Source: Escherichia coli (GTDB lineage: Bacteria > Pseudomonadota > Gammaproteobacteria > Enterobacterales > Enterobacteriaceae). Taken from it: a stretch of DNA of 64,000 bases. Below the pieces are notes generated by a model that saw nothing but the letters and a program-made list of their open reading frames with translations, was not told where the DNA came from and ran no database searches. The position numbers were made by a program, and so were the translations under genes. Each line of letters starts with the position of its first letter. Position 1 is the stretch's first letter. Location of the stretch: NCBI RefSeq assembly GCF_041248615.1, contig NZ_CP158426.1; one strand, 5' to 3'. Shown piece by piece: positions 34,903 to 44,531 of this stretch.

Positions 34903-37233
34903 GTGAAGATGCGCGGCCCCGGCGGTCAGTCAGTGCGGTTGCAGTGGCAGCAGCACCATAAACTGAGTGGCCTTGAGCGCACTGGCACCGGCGCGGAAGG
35001 GTTCAGCTATGACCGCCACGGCAACCTGCTGGCCTGGACGGACGGCAATGGTGTTGTCTGGACAATGGAGTACGGCCCGTTCGATTTGCCGGTGGCGCGA
35101 ACGGACGGTGAAGGCCACCGCTGGCAGTACCGCTATGATAAAGACACGCTGCAACTGACAGAAGTCATTAACCCGCAGGGTGAGTCATATCTTTATGTTC
35201 TGGATAACTGCGGCCGGGTGACGGAAGAGCATGACTGGGGCGGCGTGGTCTGGCGTTACCGCTATGACGCCGATGGCCTGTGTACCGCCAGGGTCAACGG
35301 CCTGGAGGAAACCATCCTCTACAGCCGGGACGACGCAGGCCGCCTGGCAGAAGTCATCACGCCGGAAGGCAAAACGCAGTATGCGTATGACAAATCCGGC
35401 AGGCTGACGGGTATCTTCAGCCCGGACGGCACATCACAGCGCACCGGCTATGACGAACGCGGGCGGGTGAATGTCACCACTCAGGGCCGACGGGCCATTG
35501 AATACCACTACCCCGATGAACACACCGTCATCCGCTGTATCCTGCCACCGGAAGATGAACGCGACAGACACCCCGGTGAATCCCTGCTGAAAACCACGTA
35601 CCGCTACAACGCAGCCGGAGAACTGGCAGAGGTCATCCTGCCGGAGGATGAGACGCTGACGTTCAGCCGTGATGAGGCAGGACGTGAAGTGCTCCGGCAC
35701 AGTAACCGGGGTTTTGCCTGTGAGCAGGGCTGGAATGCAGCCGGTCAGCTTACCAGCCAGCGCGCCGGACTTTTCCCGGCAGAAGCCACATGGGGCGGGC
35801 TGCTCCCCTCACGGGTACGGGAGTACCGTTACGACAGCGCGGGTAATGTGTCAGGCGTCACCAGCCGGGAAGATTACGGACGGGAAACACGGCGGGAATA
35901 CCGGCTGGACCGGAACGGCCAGGTCACGGCGGTGACAGCCTCAGGCACCGGGCTGGGCTATGGCGAAGGCGATGAGTCCTATGGCTATGACAGCTGCGGC
36001 TACCTGAAGGCGCAGTCTGCGGGCTGGCACCGGATAAGTGAAGAGACTGACCAGTATGCCGGAGGCCACCGGCTGAAACAGGCCGGAAACACGCAGTATG
36101 ACTATGACGCCGCAGGCCGGATGGTCAGCCGCACCAGACACCGTGACGGCTATCGCCCGGAAACAGAGCGGTTCCGGTGGGACAGCCGTGACCAGCTGAC
36201 CGGGTATTGCAGCGCACAGGGTGAGCAGTGGGAATACCGCCACGACGCCAGCGGCAGACGAACAGAGAAACGCTGCGACCGGAAGAAAATCCGCATCACG
36301 TACCTGTGGGACGGCGACAGTATTGCGGAAATCCGGGAATACCGCGATGATAAACTGTACAGCGTACGGCACCTGGTGTTTAACGGCTTTGAGCTGATAA
36401 GCCAGCAGTTCAGCCGGGTACGGCAGGCGCATCCGTCGGTGGCCCCGCAGTGGGTGACACGGACGAATCATGCGGTGAGCGACCTGACGGGCCGTCCGCT
36501 GATGCTCTTTAACAGTGAAGGTAAAACCGTCTGGCGACCGGGACAGACCAGCCTGTGGGGGCTGGCACTCAGCCTGCCCGCGGACACCGGCTACCCGGAC
36601 CCGCGCGGGGAACTGGACGCGGAAGCCGACCCCGGCCTGCTGTATGCAGGACAGTGGCAGGATGCGGAATCCGGGCTGTGCTATAACCGGTTCCGGTATT
36701 ACGAGCCGGAAACAGGGATGTACCTGGTGAGTGATCCGCTGGGGTTGCTGGGGGGTGAGCAGACTTACCGGTATGTGCCGAATCCGTGTGGGTATGTTGA
36801 TCCTTTGGGATTAGCAACATGTCCCATAATCAGACAACGGGTGCTGGCTAACCTTGAAGCCAGTCGGGCAGCAAGGGCTGCATCTAATTTTGGTAAGAAA
36901 AATATCTATGATTTTATCAAGGCAACTCAATCTGCTATCCCTGGCACCTCTATCCCAAAATCTTTTGAGATTATAACTGCTAATGGTACTTTCTGGGTAC
37001 ACCCAAATGCTACAAAACATATGGCTGAATATTTGACTCGGAACGGTCTCTCACATTCAACTTCTGTAGAGAGCCAAATAATGTTAACAAGTTTTCACGA
37101 AGCTGTAAGTTTGGCTAGTGCTCAAGGTATAAAGTATGAAGAAATGATGAATGTTGGCGGCTGGGAACTAGTATTTAGTCAAGCTAAATCTGACTCGGCT
37201 TTATCAGTTATTAAACATGCTCTTTATAAATGA
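34903..37233 (+). CDS. rhs: Orphan 5'-truncated rhs fragment (core repeat plus distinct C-terminal toxin CT2)
   Basis: 776-aa ORF with GTG start; 34892-36813 nearly identical to main rhs 31932-33853; PxxxxDPxGL followed by unrelated 139-aa CT. Confidence 0.85.
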   Translation: MKMRGPGGQSVRLQWQQHHKLSGLERTGTGAEGFSYDRHGNLLAWTDGNGVVWTMEYGPFDLPVARTDGEGHRWQYRYDKDTLQLTEVINPQGESYLYVLDNCGRVTEEHDWGGVVWRYRYDADGLCTARVNGLEETILYSRDDAGRLAEVITPEGKTQYAYDKSGRLTGIFSPDGTSQRTGYDERGRVNVTTQGRRAIEYHYPDEHTVIRCILPPEDERDRHPGESLLKTTYRYNAAGELAEVILPEDETLTFSRDEAGREVLRHSNRGFACEQGWNAAGQLTSQRAGLFPAEATWGGLLPSRVREYRYDSAGNVSGVTSREDYGRETRREYRLDRNGQVTAVTASGTGLGYGEGDESYGYDSCGYLKAQSAGWHRISEETDQYAGGHRLKQAGNTQYDYDAAGRMVSRTRHRDGYRPETERFRWDSRDQLTGYCSAQGEQWEYRHDASGRRTEKRCDRKKIRITYLWDGDSIAEIREYRDDKLYSVRHLVFNGFELISQQFSRVRQAHPSVAPQWVTRTNHAVSDLTGRPLMLFNSEGKTVWRPGQTSLWGLALSLPADTGYPDPRGELDAEADPGLLYAGQWQDAESGLCYNRFRYYEPETGMYLVSDPLGLLGGEQTYRYVPNPCGYVDPLGLATCPIIRQRVLANLEASRAARAASNFGKKNIYDFIKATQSAIPGTSIPKSFEIITANGTFWVHPNATKHMAEYLTRNGLSHSTSVESQIMLTSFHEAVSLASAQGIKYEEMMNVGGWELVFSQAKSDSALSVIKHALYK

Positions 37234-37763
37234 CGATTATGCTTACATTAGAAAATGAAACAAACTACAAAGATGTTGTTGTTAATATAGATGAATTTGT
37301 ACCTTTTGATATAACTTTTGGAAAGGGGAGCGAACAGTGTTTGTACTGGAGAGGCGGCAATGGTAAAAGTTCTTTGGTTGAAGTTGGGTTAAATATGTAC
37401 AGCGGAGAAGTAAGTAACATCACACTAGCAAATATCGATTCAGGTGAAATTAACATTACAGATGAGATGTTAGCCAACAACCTTCCTGAAATACAAGGGT
37501 CTGTTATATTTCAGACAAGCGAGTGGCTTAATAAAGACATTTCCGAATACTCAAACAGATTTATTGATGATTTTGATTGCAATATCAAGTTAATAATTGG
37601 TAGTAATTACATTAAATTATTATTTAAAAAAGCAACAAATCCCATTTGTTATATCATTAATAGGAATATAAGATTTGGTTTTTCTTTGAGTAGGGAACTT
37701 TCGACATTGGAAATATTAGACCTCAATCAAGAAAAATTAGATATTCTAAAGTTATTTAAATAG
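37230..37763 (+). CDS. Putative cognate immunity protein for orphan CT2
   Basis: 177 aa AT-rich ORF whose ATG overlaps the rhs-CT2 stop (ATGA). Confidence 0.6.
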   Translation: MTIMLTLENETNYKDVVVNIDEFVPFDITFGKGSEQCLYWRGGNGKSSLVEVGLNMYSGEVSNITLANIDSGEINITDEMLANNLPEIQGSVIFQTSEWLNKDISEYSNRFIDDFDCNIKLIIGSNYIKLLFKKATNPICYIINRNIRFGFSLSRELSTLEILDLNQEKLDILKLFK

Positions 37764-38242
37764 TTTTAGTGTTTGAAACTTACCGAGAGATGATAGCTAT
37801 GAATGAATACAAAAACATCCATCTTGGAGGAAACAATGGAATGTTAATCCATTAAAAAACATACTTCAATATCTTTAGTGAAGAAAGAGTTGTATGAAAG
37901 AAATATATCTTATGTGAGCGACATGATGCATGCTAATTATATTATTGGCCGGAAATTTTATGATGATAGCAAAAAGGAGGGGTTATTTCTGTAAGAATGG
38001 ATATACCCGCAGGGTTTGAACCAGACATTTATTTGTTGAAGTCTAAGATCCAAATGGAAGCATTTATATCCCTCAGATATTATGCGTTGACGGGTTGATA
38101 AAGATACTTTTAGAGGGTTAATAAATGGAGAACGTATAATAAATCTCTTAAACAAACTATAACCTGTACTAATGAAAAAAATGGGAATAGATAAGTTAAT
38201 AGCCTATTCTAAAAATGGTAAAGTGGTTTTACTTCCAAAATA

Positions 38243-38686
38243 ATGGAGTTTAGTATGAAAATCGAAGCTAATTCCCTTACTCATCCCTATGACTACAACG
38301 CCTCACTGAACAATTATTTACATTATTTTGAGAATTTCTCTCGTAATGACTGGAATAAAGATTCATGTGGAGGATATTTTACTTTTAGAGATGATGACAG
38401 AGAGTGTGTTTTGTTTTTTGTGAATTATGGTGATAATTTTTCATTGCGCTATGATTGTACACAAAGTTCTGATGGAATAGTGTCATGCTGGTATAGTAAC
38501 CATGAAGATGATAAAATGAATATCATCGTCGATGCTGATACAGAACAATTTATCCCTTTAGGTTCTTGCTTACCTCCTGATATTACTTTATCAGTAATAA
38601 AAGATTTTTTCAAAAATCCTTTAGAGAAATCAAAAAAAGTAAAATGGATGAATGCAGATGACATTGACTGGTCATCTGTGTATTAA
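38243..38686 (+). CDS. Hypothetical protein, possible orphan immunity protein
   Basis: 147 aa AT-rich ORF inside the Rhs island with no adjacent toxin; no recognised motif. Confidence 0.4.
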   Translation: MEFSMKIEANSLTHPYDYNASLNNYLHYFENFSRNDWNKDSCGGYFTFRDDDRECVLFFVNYGDNFSLRYDCTQSSDGIVSCWYSNHEDDKMNIIVDADTEQFIPLGSCLPPDITLSVIKDFFKNPLEKSKKVKWMNADDIDWSSVY

Positions 38687-38911
38687 AGTTGGATTGGATA
38701 ATTATCTGTTTCAAAAATCATTAAATTTAGAACCTATCTGTTCAACAGAGCTGCCTTGAACAGCAGGTTCTTTTATGATGTCCAGGAGCGAATATGCCTG
38801 TGATGTCTGGCACTCAGCATCTGACTGACCTGGACTACTGATCCTACTCACACAGGGAGCTAGACCTGGAAGCAACCTACTGTAAGCAGTGCAGTAGCAG
38901 CCCACCTCACA

Positions 38912-38950
38912 TCAGTCCTTGCAAGGTGTGGGCCTTTGTGATCTTGCTCT
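38912..38950. mobile_element. Degenerate remnant resembling the right terminus of an H-repeat/ISAs1-family element
   Basis: About 31 of 40 nt identical to the right end of the complete H-repeat copy at 44492-44531. Confidence 0.3.
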
Positions 38951-39297
38951 GTATTGCTGAGATCCTCAGGAAGGACTCGAAATTTAATCAGGAAGGCCGT
39001 TGCTAAAAATCAAAAAATAAATTCAAGAGCAATTTCTAAAACTTTTGAATCTACTGTATCGGATGAGGTTTTCACTCCTTTCCAAAAGGTGAGTTTTCAA
39101 GCATTCAAGTTTCTGTTATGACCAAAACTTCACCATTTAACACTAATCCGAGTATTATGTTACCATGAAGAAAAAAGATATTAGATTTGCAATATCCATT
39201 AACTCCAACTCAAGTAAGATAGAATTAATGGAAAAATTAAAAACATAATCCCAGGGCTTATTGAAATAACTCCCAGTGCATTAAGAGAAGAAAAAAC

Positions 39298-39513
39298 ATG
39301 GTAGTTATTGAAGATAATGATCTTTATGACCCTATAAAAGCAGAGGGAGTTGATGGATGGATGTATTATAAATTCATATTATCCATATTCCCATTAAAGG
39401 GAGTAGACACAACATTAGAATATCAACGGGAATTATCTTTTCTTTTCTTAAAGAAATTAAAAGATGCGGGTCTGTTAGGTGAACTTATATGCGAGGATGA
39501 TTTTCATGACTGA
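39298..39513 (+). CDS. Hypothetical small protein (71 aa), possible immunity-gene remnant
   Basis: ORF only; AT-rich; within Rhs island. Confidence 0.25.
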   Translation: MVVIEDNDLYDPIKAEGVDGWMYYKFILSIFPLKGVDTTLEYQRELSFLFLKKLKDAGLLGELICEDDFHD

Positions 39514-39577
39514 TGACCTCTACATATATCCTCAGTTCGTGGCTGGTATTACATGATCTGACAGGGAAAGATCGTAG

Positions 39578-39873
39578 CGAAATCAAAAAAGACGTGGATT
39601 TCCCGGAAGCCGGTGAAGACACAGCGCTCTGCGACAAGGAGACTAAACCGCCGAGGATAACCCAGGGCAGCAGCAACGTTTTTATCAACAATCAGCCCGC
39701 CGCGCGCAAGGGGGACAAACTGGAGTGCAGTGCGGCGATCGTGGGAGGTTCGCCGGACGTCTTTATTGGGGGTGAGCAGGTCACCTATCTGGATATCCAG
39801 CCGGAGTTCCCGCCGTGGCAGAGAATGATCCTGGGGGGAATAACGATAGCCAGCTATCTTCTGCCGCCAGCGC
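39578..39873 (+). pseudogene. Fragment of a PAAR-Rhs N-terminal (PAAR) region
   Basis: About 296 bp nearly identical to main rhs 30166-30461; lies in track ORF 39513-39890; abutted on the right by H-repeat end sequence. Confidence 0.75.
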
Positions 39874-39960
39874 AGGGAAAGATCACGTAACGCTGCTTTT
39901 TTGTACTAAATAATTCGCACTAAATGTTCAATAATTGAGATATTCCTTATTACCTAAATA
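39874..39960. mobile_element. Left-terminus remnant (about 85 bp) of an H-repeat/ISAs1-family element
   Basis: Matches the first ~90 bp of the complete H-repeat at 43242-43335 (cagggaaagatca...ttgtactaaataattcgca...ttgagatattcct). Confidence 0.55.
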
Positions 39961-40003
39961 CAGTTCCACCAAGATTACCTAAACCCAAATGAGGTAAAAG
40001 ATA

Positions 40004-40372
40004 GTGGGTATGAATAAAAATGAAATCCATTTCCCTATAGGATATGGTTGGTTGAATGAAAAAAAAATTATTGGCACCAGTGAATTTAGCCAATTAGAAC
40101 CATGGTTTTATCTAGATGAGAACAGGTGTTTTTTTGCGAATAAAAAATGGCCAAATGTCATAGGTGAACAATTATTCGCTTTTGCTAAACGTCAAGATAA
40201 TGATGAATTGGCTTGTTTCAAAATTAATGAATCTGGAGTCTGTGAGGGTGTTTATTTAATTAATGGGTGGACTCCTAACGGGTTTGATATTATACAATTT
40301 TACCCTGATTTTTGGGAATGGGTACATTTGGTTATACAAGATGTCTCGGAGTGGATTGATAATAAAGGATAA
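40004..40372 (+). CDS. Hypothetical protein, possible orphan immunity protein
   Basis: 122 aa AT-rich ORF upstream of orphan rhs-CT3; no recognised motif. Confidence 0.4.
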   Translation: MGMNKNEIHFPIGYGWLNEKKIIGTSEFSQLEPWFYLDENRCFFANKKWPNVIGEQLFAFAKRQDNDELACFKINESGVCEGVYLINGWTPNGFDIIQFYPDFWEWVHLVIQDVSEWIDNKG

Positions 40373-40401
40373 TTTGAAACAAAAGTAAAAAACCGCCTTC
40401 A

Positions 40402-41100
40402 TTGAAGGTAACGTGGAGTGGTGGGCGGAGCAGCCTGCCCGCAGACACAGACTACCCGGACCCGCGCGGGGAGCGGGACGCGGAAGCCGACCCCGGCCTG
40501 CTGTATGCAGGACAGTGGCAGGATGCGGAATCCGGACTGTGCTATAACCGGTTCCGGTATTACGAGCCGGAAACCGGGATGTACCTGGTGAGTGATCCCC
40601 TGGGGTTGCTGGGGGGTGAGCAGACTTACCGGTATGTGCCTAATCCTAGTGGGTATGTTGATCCTCTGGGATTAGCAACGTGTCCTATACTCAGACAGTG
40701 GGCGCTGACTAACCTTGAAGCCAGTCGGGCAGCAAGGGCTGCATCTAATTTTGGTAAGCCTCTGGTCCAGCGAAATAAAACGATTGGCGATAAAGTAAGG
40801 GATATGATTGCCAAAGAGAGGGGAACCACTCTAATTGAACAAAATTATAGAGTGACAGGAGGATTAAAGCGTATTGACGTTGTTGATGGAGTAACGGGTA
40901 TAGAATCTAAAGTCGGTCGAACAGGGTTAACAACCCGAGTACGGCAAGAGGTAGCGCGGGATATTAAGATTTTGAGAAGTGAGCAACTTGATCAAATTGA
41001 ATGGGTGTTTACAAGAAGTTCAACTACAGGGAAGATTGGGCCAACTAAACCACTTGAAGATCTTTTAAATAAACATGGTATACCGATTATTTATCGATAA
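40402..41100 (+). CDS. rhs: Orphan rhs C-terminal fragment (short core remnant plus toxin CT3 with possible PD-(D/E)xK-like motif)
   Basis: 232-aa ORF with TTG start; 40432-40674 homologous to the end of the main rhs core; PxxxxDPxGL then 141-aa CT containing RIDVVDGVTGIESK. Confidence 0.8.
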   Translation: MKVTWSGGRSSLPADTDYPDPRGERDAEADPGLLYAGQWQDAESGLCYNRFRYYEPETGMYLVSDPLGLLGGEQTYRYVPNPSGYVDPLGLATCPILRQWALTNLEASRAARAASNFGKPLVQRNKTIGDKVRDMIAKERGTTLIEQNYRVTGGLKRIDVVDGVTGIESKVGRTGLTTRVRQEVARDIKILRSEQLDQIEWVFTRSSTTGKIGPTKPLEDLLNKHGIPIIYR

Positions 41101-41111
41101 GGAGTGATAGT

Positions 41112-41681
41112 GTGAAACTCAAACCGATTGGTGACTTTTTAAACAAAAATGGGTTTATAAAAAATGGTAACAATGATTTTTATAAAGTTCATGATAAGTT
41201 TGTAAATTGTATAAATTTTCAAAAAAAGAGTACAGGTGATATTTTTTTTATAAACACAGGTGTTCATCCTGTGTTCGAAAATTTTTGCAATGAACCACCG
41301 AAAAAAGAAATAGATTGTTACATCCGTAACCGTGTGTGTGATGGACTAAGTATATCTTTGCTGCATTCTTTTGAAGGTAGTGAGTTTGTTATCAGTGAGA
41401 TAAAAAACAAAGCGTTTTGTTTTTTTGAATACTTTGATTCATTGAATAAAATATTCGATGCTATTCGTGTTGTAGATATTGAAGAGAGAAATATTTGCGA
41501 TGAGCTAAGTGGTGTAAGCAGCGTAAGATTAGCTTTGATGTGTATGAACTACCAGTATGAGAAAAAAAAATTTAGCCTTGTTTCTGATTTTGCGAACTAT
41601 GGTCTTGCTATATCTAGAGGCCCGGTACCGAAAAAAGCATTGGATTTGCCCCTATATTTCCAGACACCTGTTATCACTTAA
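41112..41681 (+). CDS. Putative immunity protein for CT3, 3' end disrupted by IS2
   Basis: 189-aa ORF; last 13 codons lie inside IS2; the original frame resumes after the IS2 target duplication. Confidence 0.55.
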   Translation: MKLKPIGDFLNKNGFIKNGNNDFYKVHDKFVNCINFQKKSTGDIFFINTGVHPVFENFCNEPPKKEIDCYIRNRVCDGLSISLLHSFEGSEFVISEIKNKAFCFFEYFDSLNKIFDAIRVVDIEERNICDELSGVSSVRLALMCMNYQYEKKKFSLVSDFANYGLAISRGPVPKKALDLPLYFQTPVIT

Positions 41682-42557
41682 CCCATTACTGGCCTGCTGC
41701 CGCAGATATTCCCGTGGCGAGCGATAACCCAGTGCACTATGCGGATGCCATTCGTTATAATGCTCGAACGCCTCTGCAAGGTTCTTTGCTGCCGTTAACC
41801 CGTCTGGTTTAGGCATGATACTGATGTAGTCACGCTTTATCGTTTTCACGAAGCTCTCTGCTATGCCGTTACTCTCCGGACTCCGCACCGCCGTGTTCTT
41901 CGGTTCAAGCCCCAATATCCGGGCAAACTGCCGTGTTTCATTAGCCCGGTAGCATGAACCATTATCCGTCAGCCACTCTACTGGAGACGCCGGAAGCTCG
42001 TTGCCGAAGCGGCGTTCCACCGCTCCCAGCATGACGTCCTGTACTGTTTCACTGTCGAAGCCGCCCGTAGTGACTGCCCAGTGCAGTGCCTCACGGTCAC
42101 AGCAGTCCAGCGCGAACGTGACTCGCAGTTTTTCTCCGTTATCACAGCGGAACTCGAACCCGTCAGAGCACCATCGTTGATTGCTTTCTTTCACGGCCAC
42201 TTTGCCAGTATGTGCCCGTTTCGATGGCGGTACAGCGGTTTTTCGCTCAAGCAACAGCGCATTCTGGCGCATGATCCGGTAAACACGTTTGGCATTGATC
42301 GCAGGCGTACCATCAAGTTCGGCCTGTCTGCGAAGCAGCGCCCATACCCGACGATAACCATACGTGGGCAGCTCTCCGATAACATGGTGTATACGGAGAA
42401 GCACATCCGTATCATCTGAGTGACGGCTGCGGCGACCATCTTTCCAGTCATCGGTTCGTCTGAGAATTACGTGCAACTGCGCACGCGACACCCGGAGACA
42501 ACGGCTGACTAAGCTTACTCCCCATCCCCGGGCAATAAGGGCGCGTGCGCTATCCAC
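41652..42557 (-). CDS. insD: IS2 transposase OrfB
   Basis: 301 aa integrase-core protein recognised as IS2 InsD. Confidence 0.95.
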   Translation of the reverse strand: MDSARALIARGWGVSLVSRCLRVSRAQLHVILRRTDDWKDGRRSRHSDDTDVLLRIHHVIGELPTYGYRRVWALLRRQAELDGTPAINAKRVYRIMRQNALLLERKTAVPPSKRAHTGKVAVKESNQRWCSDGFEFRCDNGEKLRVTFALDCCDREALHWAVTTGGFDSETVQDVMLGAVERRFGNELPASPVEWLTDNGSCYRANETRQFARILGLEPKNTAVRSPESNGIAESFVKTIKRDYISIMPKPDGLTAAKNLAEAFEHYNEWHPHSALGYRSPREYLRQQASNGLSDNRCLEI

Positions 42558-42880
42558 TTTTTTGCACGCCCGTATTCAACGGCTTCTTTAAGGAGTTCAT
42601 TTTCCATCGTTTTTTTGCCGAGCAGGCGCTGGAGTTCTTTAATCTGCTTCATGGCAGCAGCAAGTTCAGAGGCAGGAACGACCTGCTCTCCTGCGGCCAC
42701 AGCAGTAAGACTTCCCTCCTGGTATTGCTTGCGCCAGAGAAATAACTGGCTGGCTGCCACACCGTGTTGCCGGGCAACAAGGGAGACCTTCATTCCCGGT
42801 TCAAAACTCTGCTGAACAATAGCGATCTTTTCCTGTGTAGTACGCCGTCTGCGTTTCTCCGGTCCTAAGACATCAATCAT
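42515..42880 (-). CDS. insC: IS2 transposase OrfA (HTH)
   Basis: 121 aa from [14 protein letters not shown]; overlaps insD by 43 nt, consistent with the IS3-family frameshift window. Confidence 0.9.
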   Translation of the reverse strand: MIDVLGPEKRRRRTTQEKIAIVQQSFEPGMKVSLVARQHGVAASQLFLWRKQYQEGSLTAVAAGEQVVPASELAAAMKQIKELQRLLGKKTMENELLKEAVEYGRAKKWIAHAPLLPGDGE

Positions 42881-43023
42881 CTGCTCTCCAATGACTAGTC
42901 TAAAAACTAGTATTAAGACTATCACTTATTTAAGTGATATTGGTTGTCTGGAGATTCATGGGGCCAGTCTAAGCATTTAAGGATATGATAAAAATAACAG
43001 AGTGATACCTAATCCGGTGTAAT

Positions 43024-43242
43024 ACTTGCTGCCTGTGTACCGCGAAGATTAACGGCCGGGAGGAAACTATTCTCTACAACCGGGACGCCACAGGCCGCCT
43101 GGCAGAAGTCATCACGCCGGAAGGCAAAACGCAGTATGCGTATGACAAATCCGGCAGGCTGACGGGTATCTTCAGCCCGGACGACACATCACAGCGCACC
43201 GGCTATGAAGAACGCGGGCGGGTGAATGTCACCACTCAGGGC
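43024..43242 (+). pseudogene. Internal rhs core fragment (about 215 bp)
   Basis: Homologous to main rhs about 32322-32535; bounded by the IS2 flank on the left and the H-repeat terminus on the right. Confidence 0.7.
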
Positions 43243-44531
43243 AGGGAAAGATCATCCAAAGTACACTTTTTGTACTAAATAATTCGCATTTTATGTTTAA
43301 AAATTGAGATATTCCTCATTACCTAAAGCTGTTTTTATTGCTTATACATGATCAAATACTCCTTACATAATTAAGGAGAACAAAATGGAACTTAAAAAAT
43401 TGATGGAGCATATTTCTATTATCCCCGATTACAGACAAGCCTGGAAAGTGGAACATAAATTATCGGATATTCTACTGTTGACTATTTGTGCCGTTATTTC
43501 TGGTGCAGAAGGTTGGGAAGATATAGAGGATTTTGGGGAAACACATCTCGATTTTTTAAAACAATATGGTGATTTTGAAAATGGTATTCCTGTTCACGAT
43601 ACCATCGCCAGAGTTGTATCCTGTATCAGTCCTTCAAAATTTCACGAGTGCTTTATTAACTGGATGCGAGATTGCCATACTTCAGATGATAAAGACGTTA
43701 TTGCAATCGATGGAAAAACACTCCGGCATTCTTATGACAAGAGTCGCCGCAGGGGAGCGATTCATGTCATTAGTGCGTTCTCAACAATGCACAGTCTGGT
43801 CATCGGACAGATCAGAACGGATGAGAAATCTAATGAGATTACAGCTATCCCAGAACTTCTTAACATGCTGTATATTAAAGGAAAAATCATCACAACTGAT
43901 GCGATGGGTTGCCAGAAAGATATTGCAGAGAAGATACAAAAACAGGGCGGTGATTATTTATTCGCTGTAAAAGGAAACCAGGGGCGGCTTAATAAAGCCT
44001 TTGAGGAAAAATTTCCACTGAAAGAATTAAATAATCCAGAGCATGACAGTTACGCCATTAGTGAAAAGAGTCACGGCAGAGAAGAAATCCGTCTTCATAT
44101 TGTTTGCGATGTCCCTGATGAACTTATTGATTTCACGTTTGAATGGAAAGGACTGAAGAAATTATGTGTGGCAGTCTCCTTTCGGTCAATAATAGCAGAA
44201 CAAAAGAAAGAGCCAGAAATGACGGTCAGATATTATATCAGTTCTGCTGATTTAACCGCAGAGAAGTTCGCCACAGCAATCCGAAACCACTGGCACGTGG
44301 AGAATAAGCTGCACTGGCGTCTGGACGTGGTAATGAATGAAGACGACTGCAAAATAAGAAGAGGAAACGCCGCAGAATTATATTCAGGGATACGGCACAT
44401 CGCTATTAATATTTTAACGAATGATAAGATATTCAAGGCAGGGTTAAGACGTAAGATGCGAAAAGCAGCCATGGGCAGAAACTATCTCGCGTCAGTCCTT
44501 GCGGGGAGCGGGCTTTCGTAATCTTGCCCTG
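43242..44531 (+). mobile_element. H-repeat (ISAs1-family) insertion element, complete copy of about 1.29 kb
   Basis: Imperfect terminal inverted repeats cagggaaagatca / (reverse complement) cagggcaagatta; encodes a 378-aa transposase. Confidence 0.8.
43385..44521 (+). CDS. H-repeat-associated (ISAs1-family DDE) transposase
   Basis: 378 aa, recognised as the H-repeat protein family found next to Rhs elements. Confidence 0.9.
   Translation: MELKKLMEHISIIPDYRQAWKVEHKLSDILLLTICAVISGAEGWEDIEDFGETHLDFLKQYGDFENGIPVHDTIARVVSCISPSKFHECFINWMRDCHTSDDKDVIAIDGKTLRHSYDKSRRRGAIHVISAFSTMHSLVIGQIRTDEKSNEITAIPELLNMLYIKGKIITTDAMGCQKDIAEKIQKQGGDYLFAVKGNQGRLNKAFEEKFPLKELNNPEHDSYAISEKSHGREEIRLHIVCDVPDELIDFTFEWKGLKKLCVAVSFRSIIAEQKKEPEMTVRYYISSADLTAEKFATAIRNHWHVENKLHWRLDVVMNEDDCKIRRGNAAELYSGIRHIAINILTNDKIFKAGLRRKMRKAAMGRNYLASVLAGSGLS

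Larger units (their letters stand above)
41641..42971 (-). mobile_element. IS2 insertion sequence (1331 bp) with 5-bp target site duplication AGCAT
   Basis: Characteristic IS2 termini (tggatttgcccctatatttccagaca ... ggggccagtcta), insC/insD content, AGCAT at 41636-41640 and 42972-42976. Confidence 0.95.

Noticed and set aside
38711-38905. 64-aa minus-strand ORF in the region between island cassettes
   Set aside because: Falls in what appears to be a decayed insertion-sequence end remnant; no start context; more likely non-coding.
34885-41100. Treating the orphan rhs fragments as independently expressed full genes
   Set aside because: They lack the N-terminal PAAR and core regions and have only GTG/TTG in-frame starts at the homology boundary; more likely silent cassettes activated by recombination, though low-level expression cannot be excluded.
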